Assembly (NCBI GenBank): GCA_964354995.1
Contig: CAYHBQ010000002.1
Location: 1-39,711 of the forward strand
Direction: 5' to 3'
DNA: 39,711 bases
Origin: Candidatus Woesearchaeota archaeon
GTDB lineage: Archaea > Nanobdellota > Nanobdellia > Pacearchaeales > GW2011-AR1
The position numbers were made by a program, and so were the translations under genes. Shown piece after piece: positions 7,440-15,389 of this stretch. Numbering within the stretch: the stretch's first letter is position 1; each line of letters begins with the position of its first letter. The notes under the pieces are model-generated. The model was given only the letters and a program-made list of their open reading frames with translations, did not search any database and was not told the origin of the DNA.

Positions 7440-9764
7440 ATGAAAGCGTTTATTGTATCGGCAGACTGGGACGAAATAGAAAACAAGACAATCATACAAC
7501 TGTTTGGTCGCCTCGAGAATGGACAATCATTCTGTACCATACACACCATCACCCCTTATTTTTTTATCGAAAAAAAGAATCAGACAAAACTCAAAGGTCC
7601 TGAGTTAAAAGCAACCATCGAAGAAACTACCTTGAAAACGTTTGCAGGAGAATCGGTCATAAAAATAAGTCATCCGCTTCAAAGTGAGCTTACAAAACTT
7701 GCAAAATATTGCGCTGCCAAAAAAATTGCCTTGTTTGAAGCAGATATGAAACCGCATCAACGGTTCATGATAGACAACGACCTGAAAGGCTCATTGGACA
7801 TACAAGGTTCCTATGACCGAAGCGATCGTCTCGATCGTCTCTATGTAGAACCGACCATAACCAAAGCAGAATACAAGCCAGAGCTCAACGTCCTCTCGAT
7901 GGATATAGAATCAGACAAAGAAAATGATAAACTATTCTGCGTAGGATTATATGCGAAAGATTACAAAAATGTGTTCATCATCTCGGACAAAAAATTAAAA
8001 AATGCCGTTGCCTGCAGAGACGAATCAGACTGCTTACAGAAAGTAAAAGATAAAATAATCGAGCTAGACCCTGACATAATAACCGGTTGGAATATAGCTG
8101 ACTTCGACTTCCCCTACCTTCGTGAGCGATACGAAAAGCAAGGAATATCGTTTGATATTGGACGTACAAACGGAGCCACACACATGCGAATAAGCAAAGA
8201 TTTCTTCAGAAAATCAACAATTTCAATTCCCGGAAGACAAGTGCTCGATGGTCTCGCACTCCTCAAAGACCCGTTTATTAAAGAAGCGCCTTCAGTAAAG
8301 TACATCGATATTGAAACGTGGACGCTCGAAAACGTGTCGCAAGCAATTCTGGGTGAAGGAAAACTCCTCAAAGGAAAAAACAGGCATCTTGAAATAGAAC
8401 GCCTCTTCAAAGAGAAAGAACACCAAGCATTAGCAGATTATAATCTTCAAGATTGCAAACTTGCGTATGATATTCTTGAAAAAACAAAAACGCTTGAACT
8501 TGCGATAGAGCGCTCACAGCTCACGGGGCTCACGTTTGACAGACTCACCGCTTCAATAGCTGCATTCGACTCGCTATACATACGAGAAGCAAGGAAGAGA
8601 GGCCTCGTTTCACCTTCAACAGAGTATACCAATAAAGAAGAACGTATCAAAGGAGGATACGTAATGAACCCTGTGCCAGGCATATATCACGACGTAATCG
8701 TGCTCGACTTCAAATCGCTCTATCCCTCAATTATAAAAACGTTTAATATTGATCCGGCATCGCACCTCAAGGAAAAAGAAAAGGGAGCGATAGTTGCGCC
8801 CAACGGAGCGGCATTCAAAAATCAAGAGGGAATATTGCCAGGGATTATAACCGAGTTACACACCGCAAGAGAAAAAGCGAAAAAAGAAAAACGAGAATTC
8901 TCAAGCTATGCAATAAAGATTATCATGAATTCATTTTTCGGCGTATTAGCAAGCCCGAATTGCAGATATTTTTCTCTCGATATGGCGAACGCCATTACCC
9001 ATTTCGCACAGTTTATCATTAAACTGACTGCTCAAAAAATAGAAGAAAAAGGATACAAAGTTATTTACTCAGATACGGACTCGGTGTTCATAAACGCAGA
9101 AGGTAAAAAAACAAATCCCGCAGAGCTGCAGAAACATATAAACGAATTCTATAACGAATTTGTAAAAAAAGAATATGCGCGTACATCGTATCTAGATATA
9201 GAATTCAAACGACACTATCTTTCATTTCTGCTCCCGCCTACACGAAACACCAAAGAAGGTGAAGAAAAGGGCTCCAAAAAAAGATACGCGGGATTATACA
9301 AGAAAGAAAACAAAGAGGAATTAGAAATAATCGGCCTCGAAGCCATACGCGGAGACTGGACAGATGCTGCGCAAGACTTCCAGAAAGAACTATTGCTCAA
9401 AATATTTCATCGGGAAGAGTGCATCCCCTTCATAAAATCCTATGTAAAAAAGATACTGGAGGGAAAATTGGATAGTAAGCTCGTTTATCGCAAATCAATC
9501 AGAAAGGAACTTGAAGAATACGTGAAAACCACCCCCCCTCACGTGAAAGCGGCACGTAAATTAGATAAATTAGAAGGAAACCTCATAGAGTACTACATGA
9601 CTGAAGACGGTCCCGAGCCGCTTCAAAAGCTTAAACATAAAATAGATTATGAACACTATATTGAAAAACAAATAAAACCAATAGCTAACACCATCCTCTT
9701 TTTCTTTAATCTGACGTTTGACGACATTTTAAAAGAATCAAAACAGACTAAACTATTCGCATGA
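7440..9764 (+). CDS. polB: Family-B DNA polymerase
   Basis: Exo motifs LSMDIESD and YNLQDCKLAY; polymerase motif A DFKSLYPSII, motif B KIIMNSFFGVLAS, motif C YSDTDSVF. About 774 aa with no intein-sized insertion. Start moved from the ORF-track 7203 to ATG 7440 (MKAFIVSADWDE), because 7203-7389 overlaps the divergent gene and the TATA lies at 7411-7420. Confidence 0.93.
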   Translation: MKAFIVSADWDEIENKTIIQLFGRLENGQSFCTIHTITPYFFIEKKNQTKLKGPELKATIEETTLKTFAGESVIKISHPLQSELTKLAKYCAAKKIALFEADMKPHQRFMIDNDLKGSLDIQGSYDRSDRLDRLYVEPTITKAEYKPELNVLSMDIESDKENDKLFCVGLYAKDYKNVFIISDKKLKNAVACRDESDCLQKVKDKIIELDPDIITGWNIADFDFPYLRERYEKQGISFDIGRTNGATHMRISKDFFRKSTISIPGRQVLDGLALLKDPFIKEAPSVKYIDIETWTLENVSQAILGEGKLLKGKNRHLEIERLFKEKEHQALADYNLQDCKLAYDILEKTKTLELAIERSQLTGLTFDRLTASIAAFDSLYIREARKRGLVSPSTEYTNKEERIKGGYVMNPVPGIYHDVIVLDFKSLYPSIIKTFNIDPASHLKEKEKGAIVAPNGAAFKNQEGILPGIITELHTAREKAKKEKREFSSYAIKIIMNSFFGVLASPNCRYFSLDMANAITHFAQFIIKLTAQKIEEKGYKVIYSDTDSVFINAEGKKTNPAELQKHINEFYNEFVKKEYARTSYLDIEFKRHYLSFLLPPTRNTKEGEEKGSKKRYAGLYKKENKEELEIIGLEAIRGDWTDAAQDFQKELLLKIFHREECIPFIKSYVKKILEGKLDSKLVYRKSIRKELEEYVKTTPPHVKAARKLDKLEGNLIEYYMTEDGPEPLQKLKHKIDYEHYIEKQIKPIANTILFFFNLTFDDILKESKQTKLFA

Positions 9765-10204
9765 ACATTCCCTATTACATACAGGAAAAAGAATGGTATT
9801 GCGGGCCCGCAGTCATGCAAATGGCTCTCGCAGCGTGTGGAATAAAGAAGACACAAGGGCAATTGGCAAAGGCACTAGGTACAAAAAATGATAACATTGG
9901 TACAAAAAACAGCGCAATGGTCGCCGTGGCAAAACAATACGGGCTCTTAGAAACTTCAAAAGAGAAGAAGTCGATTAAAGAACTAACAAAATATCTTGCT
10001 ACAGGGAAAATCATAATTGTAAGTCATTTTTATGAACCGGACCAAACAGGACATTTCGCAGTTGTGAAAAAAATAACGAAAAAAGCCATTATTCTCTTAG
10101 ACCCTGAAGCAGGGCCCAGCAAAACCTACTCATTCGCCAACTTTAAAAAAATATGGCACGATAACGAGGGAACCCGCGGTTGGTTTCTCGTGATAAAACG
10201 CTAA
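9761..10204 (+). CDS. Stand-alone peptidase C39-like (papain-fold Cys peptidase) domain protein
   Basis: IPYYIQEKEWYCGPAVMQMALAACG (Gln...Cys), TGHFAVVKK (His) and ILLDPEAG (Asp-Pro). No signal peptide and no ABC-transporter domain. Its ATG overlaps the polB stop (ATGA at 9761-9764). Confidence 0.65.
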   Translation: MNIPYYIQEKEWYCGPAVMQMALAACGIKKTQGQLAKALGTKNDNIGTKNSAMVAVAKQYGLLETSKEKKSIKELTKYLATGKIIIVSHFYEPDQTGHFAVVKKITKKAIILLDPEAGPSKTYSFANFKKIWHDNEGTRGWFLVIKR

Positions 10205-10411
10205 GGTTTGCACTAAACGTATCGGCAGAGAAAGATTAGAAAAATTCAAGGGCCTGGGCGGAACCGTGCTATTTGTGAGATTAGTCATATTCGGCGCAAA
10301 CTGAAGCGATTCAATTTGTGAAGCAAGCAAACCCAGTGAAAAATAAAAACTGAACAGCGCAAGCAATACAAAAAAAGCAAGATAAAAATAAGAAGGAAGT
10401 TTTATCACCAT
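10130..10411 (-). CDS. Possible small membrane-anchored protein with a cluster of N-glycosylation sequons
   Basis: ATG 10411 lies about 22 nt downstream of the centre of the A/T box gtttatata (10428-10436 on the minus strand). One N-terminal TM, then NMT, NLT, NST, NFS and NLS within about 25 aa. The 3' end overlaps the convergent C39-like gene by 75 nt, which lowers confidence. Confidence 0.3.
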   Translation of the reverse strand: MVIKLPSYFYLAFFVLLALFSFYFSLGLLASQIESLQFAPNMTNLTNSTVPPRPLNFSNLSLPIRLVQTLAFYHEKPTAGSLVIVPYFFKVGE

Positions 10412-10444
10412 AACTAACTAAGAATAAACTGTTATATAAACGTA

Positions 10445-11053
10445 TCAAATATCGATGATAACGCCCTTCTTGCCTACATTGATTACGCGTGTTCCCTCAA
10501 TAAGTTCATCAGCGCCCGCCGCCTCATGAATGTGACCATGGATAAGAATATCAGGTTTAAATTTTTGAATAGCTTTCCGAATAGACTTGCTTCCAGAAAT
10601 GCCTGAAAATTCTGATGCGCTCCCCAAAGGATGCATGTGCGTCACCATTACCTTTTTTTCAATACCTGCAAGTCCGTTATGCGCCTGCTCAAGAGTCTTC
10701 AGAAGTTCTCGCTCAGACAACGAATTAAACGGACCAATATCTGCTCCTCCGGCGCCAAAAAACCCTACACTACCGTAACGAGCCGAATAACCATGAATGT
10801 TCTTCATGCCATAGAACTGCGCTAAAAAATCCGCCGTAGCAAACGAGTCCCAATTACCCGGAAGTAAGAGCACTTTCTGCCCCTTATCTTTAAAAGGCTT
10901 GATTAAATTCGGTGCCTCAACAATGCCCGTGATATCTCCACACAACACGACCACATCAGCCCGTTCTTTCTCCGCACGATCAGCAAGCTTTTTAGTCGCC
11001 CGCGTATCCCCATGAATATCGGAGGCAGCTAAAATACGTATTTTTTTGCTCAT
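10445..11053 (-). CDS. Calcineurin-like metallophosphoesterase (YfcE/MJ0936-like)
   Basis: ILAASDIHGD, VVVLCGDITG, LLPGNWD, VMVTHMHP and ILIHGHIHE metal-ligand motifs in canonical order. Confidence 0.85.
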   Translation of the reverse strand: MSKKIRILAASDIHGDTRATKKLADRAEKERADVVVLCGDITGIVEAPNLIKPFKDKGQKVLLLPGNWDSFATADFLAQFYGMKNIHGYSARYGSVGFFGAGGADIGPFNSLSERELLKTLEQAHNGLAGIEKKVMVTHMHPLGSASEFSGISGSKSIRKAIQKFKPDILIHGHIHEAAGADELIEGTRVINVGKKGVIIDI

Positions 11054-11211
11054 AAAAAACCCAAGGAATGGGGCCTTAAAAGACTATCGTTTATCGACGA
11101 CAAGAGAAAGCATTATGTACGCGTGACAGGGATTAACTACTATGTCAGGTAACAAATAATGAGAAAAGTTTAAAAGCACCCTACTTATCGCACATATAGG
11201 TTCAAACACAT

Positions 11212-11490
11212 ATGTCAGAACATAGCAAAGACAATTTCGATGTATTCTTCAGACGTAAGCCTGCCTTGATGCTCGTTGCATTGAAGAAGCTTACCAAAGC
11301 CAGATACGGCTCTATTTTAGCGAAAGAGGTCGATTGCACCTATAGTCATGCAGTAAAAATCTTGCAAACCTTGGAAAAACTCGGTTTAGTCGTATTTGAA
11401 AAAAAAGGGCGCATGAAACTTATCAAGCTCACCAAGAAAGGCCAAGAAATCGCAGACAACATAGAAAACATTAAACGTGTTGTCGGATAA
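11212..11490 (+). CDS. Small winged-helix (ArsR/MarR-like) DNA-binding protein
   Basis: 92 aa. ...YGSILAKEVDCTYSHAVKILQTLEKLGLVVFEKKGRMKLIKLTKKG is a typical HTH plus wing. First gene of a three-gene unit; the next ATG overlaps its stop (TAATG at 11488-11492). Confidence 0.7.
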   Translation: MSEHSKDNFDVFFRRKPALMLVALKKLTKARYGSILAKEVDCTYSHAVKILQTLEKLGLVVFEKKGRMKLIKLTKKGQEIADNIENIKRVVG

Positions 11491-11774
11491 TGAGCATCAA
11501 AGATTTTTTTACCAAGATAGGTAACGCGTATCATGAAGGACAAGTGTATTCAGCCTGTTTGGAAAATAGAGCATGGGCAACACGTAATGAAGTGCCTCCA
11601 GAGCGATTTTACGAGCTAAGGGATACATGGCAGGATTATGCAGAGGACCTTCATCGCAAACCAAGAAGTCTTCTTGAAAGAGCTGCTTTCGCATTAGGGG
11701 ATGAATCAATTGTTCTAAGTGGAAATATACCTCCTCGATTTAGAGTGTGGAAAATTAAAAATCTTGTTGATTAA
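11490..11774 (+). CDS. Hypothetical protein (94 aa)
   Basis: Start overlaps the stop of the wHTH gene. I recognise no motif. Confidence 0.45.
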   Translation: MSIKDFFTKIGNAYHEGQVYSACLENRAWATRNEVPPERFYELRDTWQDYAEDLHRKPRSLLERAAFALGDESIVLSGNIPPRFRVWKIKNLVD

Positions 11775-11786
11775 GCAGTTAATTCT

Positions 11787-12143
11787 ATGATCCGAATAAA
11801 AAGTCAAAAGACCCCTTTCAACCTCTGGTGTAAGGAAGGAGATGCCGTCGTTCTTGTGCTCGGAGAGGAAACGGTACGCGTGAATACTCGACGCACCCCT
11901 GGAAAAAAAACACTGCTGACAATCGCACAAAGTTCGGGAATTAAGACCCTTGTAGATACAGAAGGAGTATATGTTGCAGAAACACAAAAGGGAGAGTACA
12001 TTGAACTAAAAGGGAAATATAGAGGGAAAAGAGATGACGGTTCTATCCCGTCAAACGATAGAGGCATCGAAATAAATGCGCCTTCTCAAACTGCAAGCTA
12101 TAAGTTTACATCAAGAGAATTCGCGGAAGCCAAAAAACGTTAA
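11787..12143 (+). CDS. Hypothetical protein (118 aa) with weak CsrA-like motifs
   Basis: ATG at 11787. GDAVVLVLGEETVRV and RGIEINAPSQ...SREF are reminiscent of CsrA (GD.V.V.VLG...VRIGI.AP...REE), but the match is weak. The 3' end overlaps the convergent 12140..12742 gene by 4 nt. Confidence 0.45.
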   Translation: MIRIKSQKTPFNLWCKEGDAVVLVLGEETVRVNTRRTPGKKTLLTIAQSSGIKTLVDTEGVYVAETQKGEYIELKGKYRGKRDDGSIPSNDRGIEINAPSQTASYKFTSREFAEAKKR

Positions 12144-12742
12144 CCTTTTTTAGAAATTACAATACAGTCTTCATCGGTGCCTAGACTTTTTCGTGCCCTA
12201 TCGAATAAGGCTCGTTCAATAGGAACAAATGCACGACCATCCTTCGGGCCAGGATTATGCACAAACACATTCCAATCGTCAAATCCCGCAATCGGCACGA
12301 AATGTCCTTGATACTCTGCAACGCCCATAACAACATGCCAATCCAGCAAAACTAACGCAAGAGAATCTTCCTGCACATGTGATAAAAGCTCGCCGAGAGA
12401 AAATGTCTTTTCAGCCAACACAACATGCGCTCTCCGTGCTTCTAAAACAAACGAAGCCATACGATCCTTCGTCATCGAAGAATATTTTTTATAAAAATCC
12501 ATTTCACGATAGGCAGGGTTCAACCCAAGCGATTTCGTAAAAAACTGAACTGAGAATCCCAACCGTGCCGCTGCCAGCGCCAGTTGTATTGTGTGAAGTC
12601 CCTTACCGAGTTCCATCCTCGCAGCATGTTCAATAACGCTCAATTCGGCAGGATTTCCAAAATACGCAAGAATCATCTGCAACGCCGCAGGCCCACAATT
12701 AGTCGTGCTTGTCTGCGGATAAAACGGCACCCCTAATTTCAT
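12140..12742 (-). CDS. Stand-alone peptidase C39-like domain protein (second copy)
   Basis: VPFYPQTSTTNCGPAALQMILAYFG (Gln...Cys), YQGHFVPIAGF (His) and VFVHNPGP. 200 aa with no signal peptide. ATG 12742 lies 4 nt downstream of the tRNA-Lys 3' end on the same strand. Confidence 0.65.
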   Translation of the reverse strand: MKLGVPFYPQTSTTNCGPAALQMILAYFGNPAELSVIEHAARMELGKGLHTIQLALAAARLGFSVQFFTKSLGLNPAYREMDFYKKYSSMTKDRMASFVLEARRAHVVLAEKTFSLGELLSHVQEDSLALVLLDWHVVMGVAEYQGHFVPIAGFDDWNVFVHNPGPKDGRAFVPIERALFDRARKSLGTDEDCIVISKKG

Positions 12743-12746
12743 AAAA

Positions 12747-12881
12747 TGACCCCGATGGGATTTGAACCCACGACACCTGGATTACTTCAACAAAGACTCA
12801 TCGCTCGTGTCTTTTTGAAGAACGACGAAGCGCACTTTGCCGTAAGAGTCCAGTACTCTGACCGGGCTGAGCTACGGGGCC
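12747..12881 (-). tRNA. tRNA-Lys (anticodon CUU) with a 60-nt intron at the canonical 37/38 position (intron 12783..12842)
   Basis: Hand fold of the reverse complement: acceptor GGCCCCG/CGGGGTC, D arm GCTC/GAGT, anticodon stem CTGGA/TCCAG, loop CTCTTA|intron|A, T arm GTGGG-TTCAAAT-CCCAT, discriminator A. No encoded CCA. A/T box gtttttaaac lies about 25 nt upstream. Confidence 0.85.
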
Positions 12882-13210
12882 ACGAAAAACAAACTGGAAT
12901 CCGGTTTAAAAACCTAGTGACGCAGCAGGCAGTACAGAAAAACTTATAAAGAAAAGAATAAAACAAAAATTGTGGCTGAAAAAGAGAGCAGGCATGACTT
13001 ATTAGGAAGACCGATTGAACCTAATTGCTTTTCACAAGAAGGGCTGTGGGGACAACCCCTAAGAAGGCTTCCCCTAGAAGATATAGCGGGAACAACGAGG
13101 GGACTAGACGAAATACAAGTAGAACCCTCTCGTGATATAAACACAGGATACTTATTTAATCAAGGATATTCGAACGGCGTACAAGAAAGGTTATATTCTT
13201 CAGAGAAGAA

Positions 13211-13519
13211 TTAGCGATATACGCGCCACGTATGCTCGCACTTAGTGCACTTGTAAAACTTCGTTTCAGATTCATCCGACGAACGCGTCTGCAACGTCCA
13301 GAAAAAGGCTTCCCCATGTTTACAGCTAGGGCATTTAATCTGCACCTTCGGATACGTATTTAACTGCTTCTCATTGATAACAGCAATACCGGAGGCCTTG
13401 CCCATTTTTTCAGAGGCCTGAATCTTTACCGGCGTTTTAGGTCGATAGCCGCACTTAGCACACGCAGCTTTCTTGTCAACAACAATAATAACGCTTCCAC
13501 ACTTGGGACAAAATTCCAT
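13211..13519 (-). CDS. tfs: Transcription factor S (TFS) / RNA polymerase subunit M family
   Basis: MEFCPKCGS...CAKCG N-terminal Zn ribbon, and a C-terminal Zn ribbon CPSCKH...QTRSSDESETKFYKCTKCEHTW with the acidic hairpin. Start moved to ATG 13519 because the ORF-track extension to 13672 overlaps the divergent gene. Confidence 0.88.
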   Translation of the reverse strand: MEFCPKCGSVIIVVDKKAACAKCGYRPKTPVKIQASEKMGKASGIAVINEKQLNTYPKVQIKCPSCKHGEAFFWTLQTRSSDESETKFYKCTKCEHTWRVYR

Positions 13520-13540
13520 TAGCTCTGATAAATCAAAGAG

Positions 13541-13550
13541 TATATAAATT
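13541..13550. promoter_or_regulatory. Shared TATA box (tatataaatt) for divergent leaderless tfs and the dCMP deaminase gene
   Basis: 49-bp spacer (13520-13568). The TATA centre is about 26 nt from ATG 13519 and about 24 nt from ATG 13569. Confidence 0.55.
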
Positions 13551-13568
13551 TGTTGAAACACAAAAGTC

Positions 13569-14045
13569 ATGCGAACCCTAAAAAAAGAAGAAATTGCACA
13601 TTTTATCGATGAAGCCGTTAAAGTAGCCTCATGCGCAACATGCACTCGAGCACGATGCGGGTGTGTTCTCATACAAAAAAGCGAAATAATCGGAAAGGGA
13701 TATAATAGTCCTCCGAACGAAAGAGAATCTCAAAGGAGATGTTCACAAGATAAATCAAAAATGCACCCAAAAATAACCGATAAAACGTGTTGCGTACACG
13801 CCGAGCAAAGAGCAATTATAGACGCTATAAAGAAGAACCCTGATAAAATAGAAGGATCTCAACTTCTTTTTGTTCGGCTTGACCCAAAAGGAGAAATAGC
13901 TCCCGCAGGAGATCCCTATTGTACGCTATGTAGCAAAATGGCGCTCGACGTAGGAGTAAAGGAATTTATTTTGTTACATACAAAGGGCCCTATTGCCTAT
14001 GATACTGAAGAGTATAACAAACGCTCATATCAGTATGGAAATTAA
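13569..14045 (+). CDS. dCMP / cytidine-deoxycytidylate deaminase family protein
   Basis: Zn-ligand motifs CVHAEQRAI (H-A-E) and DPYCTLCSKMAL (PC..C). Confidence 0.8.
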   Translation: MRTLKKEEIAHFIDEAVKVASCATCTRARCGCVLIQKSEIIGKGYNSPPNERESQRRCSQDKSKMHPKITDKTCCVHAEQRAIIDAIKKNPDKIEGSQLLFVRLDPKGEIAPAGDPYCTLCSKMALDVGVKEFILLHTKGPIAYDTEEYNKRSYQYGN

Positions 14046-14608
14046 CGACAAAACCCTCTCTGCTCTGAAGACTTGAACCCTTCAAAGAAAATCAGCTTCA
14101 ACCACCCAATAGCAGGAATACGCATTATCGACTTTCCCATAATGGCCGTAGCAGGAATATCTTGCTCCTCAGGAAGATAACTGGGATTATGATCTCCCTT
14201 CGTAGCAAACGGATCGGTGCCAACAAGACGATGAATAAGAGGATAGGTGTAACGCGACTGAAACACGATGATATCCCCCTGCTCGTATGAACCGCGTCCT
14301 GAAACAAGAATAATATCTCCCTTATTCAGCCCATTCCTAAACGGAAACCGTTCAACATCGGATTTAAAAATATCGCGTTCGGCCCCGTACCAAAGTGAAT
14401 TCTGTTCCCACCAACTATCAAACCCCTGCTCATGATACATCGAACACGACTCCACTACAACAAGGGGCAGCGGAGATGCAAAGACAAATGAAAGTGCCGG
14501 AAAAAAGAGAAATCGAATAAATACGTACATCAAAAGAAGCGAGACAACCCAAGACTGCCAACTGTCCCTCTTCAAAAAACGCCAAAAACAGTGCAAATAA
14601 GACATCAT
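14042..14608 (-). CDS. Signal peptidase I, archaeal/eukaryal (Sec11, S26B) type
   Basis: N-terminal TM, VVVESCSMYH (catalytic Ser box), GDIIVFQS...PLIHRLV and TKGDHNPS boxes. Its stop codon overlaps that of the convergent deaminase gene. Confidence 0.8.
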   Translation of the reverse strand: MMSYLHCFWRFLKRDSWQSWVVSLLLMYVFIRFLFFPALSFVFASPLPLVVVESCSMYHEQGFDSWWEQNSLWYGAERDIFKSDVERFPFRNGLNKGDIILVSGRGSYEQGDIIVFQSRYTYPLIHRLVGTDPFATKGDHNPSYLPEEQDIPATAIMGKSIMRIPAIGWLKLIFFEGFKSSEQRGFCR

Positions 14609-14628
14609 TAAACTAACGAGAAAAGAAG

Positions 14629-14638
14629 ATATTTAAAC
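14629..14638. promoter_or_regulatory. Shared TATA box (atatttaaac) for the divergent signal peptidase gene and 14659..14991
   Basis: 50-bp spacer (14609-14658). The TATA centre is about 25 nt from each ATG. Confidence 0.5.
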
Positions 14639-14658
14639 CATATGTAAACCGCATACCT

Positions 14659-14991
14659 ATGCACCGCGAAGAACCGCTATGTAACGCACAGGGAAATCCT
14701 CTGGGAACGGGACTTTTTTATTTGGGACCCGATTCAAGATATGACGTACGTGCACAGCTCTATTTTACTAGAGGATGGAAACAAGTAAAAGAATCAACCG
14801 CATTCGTAGCAGAGAATTCGCGCGGAGAAGAATTAGCGCTTGACCCAGCAATGGCACGACAACTCTACGTGGTTAACGACGAAGTAATAAACACAGCACT
14901 CGGCACGGGGCGCATATCAATAGAAGATGAAGGATGGTTCAGAAGAAGGTCAGGAAAAACCCTGCGCAACAATCGAATTGTAGAACCGTAA
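14659..14991 (+). CDS. Hypothetical protein (110 aa)
   Basis: ATG at leaderless distance from the TATA at 14629-14638. I recognise no motif. Confidence 0.45.
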   Translation: MHREEPLCNAQGNPLGTGLFYLGPDSRYDVRAQLYFTRGWKQVKESTAFVAENSRGEELALDPAMARQLYVVNDEVINTALGTGRISIEDEGWFRRRSGKTLRNNRIVEP

Positions 14992-15041
14992 TATTTATAT
15001 ACTGCCGTATACACAAGAAATGTATACAAAAAAGATACACT

Positions 15042-15389
15042 ATGACCGACATCTTCGATACAACCATCCTCTGTAAAAAATGCGGAGAAGAAATGGAACC
15101 TACCGCCGTCCACAAAGCAGGCTATCAACTAAGAGCTGTTGAATGTCCTACGTGCAAAGATACCATCATTCACCCTGCAGACAAAGCCCAATTTGAACAA
15201 TATAGTGGCCTTAAAGGCAAAACCTACCATGTAAAATTACGAATGGTAGGCAATAGCCATGCCGTAAGCATTCCCAAAGAGATTATAACCTTCTTTCAGC
15301 AACAAGAAAAAATGATGGACGATATGGTGCGATTATGTTTTGAAGATATGCACCGATTGCGCTTAGAATTTGGAGACGACGAAAAATGA
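15042..15389 (+). CDS. Zn-ribbon plus AbrB/SpoVT-like domain protein
   Basis: MTDIFDTTILCKKCGEEM...VECPTCKD (CxxC...CxxC), then KLRMVGNSHAVSIPKEIITFF (AbrB/MazE-type swapped-hairpin signature). Start taken at ATG 15042. Its stop overlaps the cdc48 start (ATGA at 15386-15389). Confidence 0.6.
   Translation: MTDIFDTTILCKKCGEEMEPTAVHKAGYQLRAVECPTCKDTIIHPADKAQFEQYSGLKGKTYHVKLRMVGNSHAVSIPKEIITFFQQQEKMMDDMVRLCFEDMHRLRLEFGDDEK

Noticed and set aside
12783-12842. C/D-box sRNA hidden in the tRNA-Lys intron (GCGATGAGTC) or in the tRNA-Ile intron
   Set aside because: There is only a partial C-box-like GAUGA, with no D box (CUGA) at appropriate spacing in either intron.
7440-12881. Self-replicating or integrated element (casposon or pipolin-like) from polB to tRNA-Lys
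   Set aside because: There is no integrase, Cas1, terminal inverted repeats or duplicated tRNA 3' fragment (att site). The PolB motifs are those of ordinary archaeal replicative family-B enzymes.
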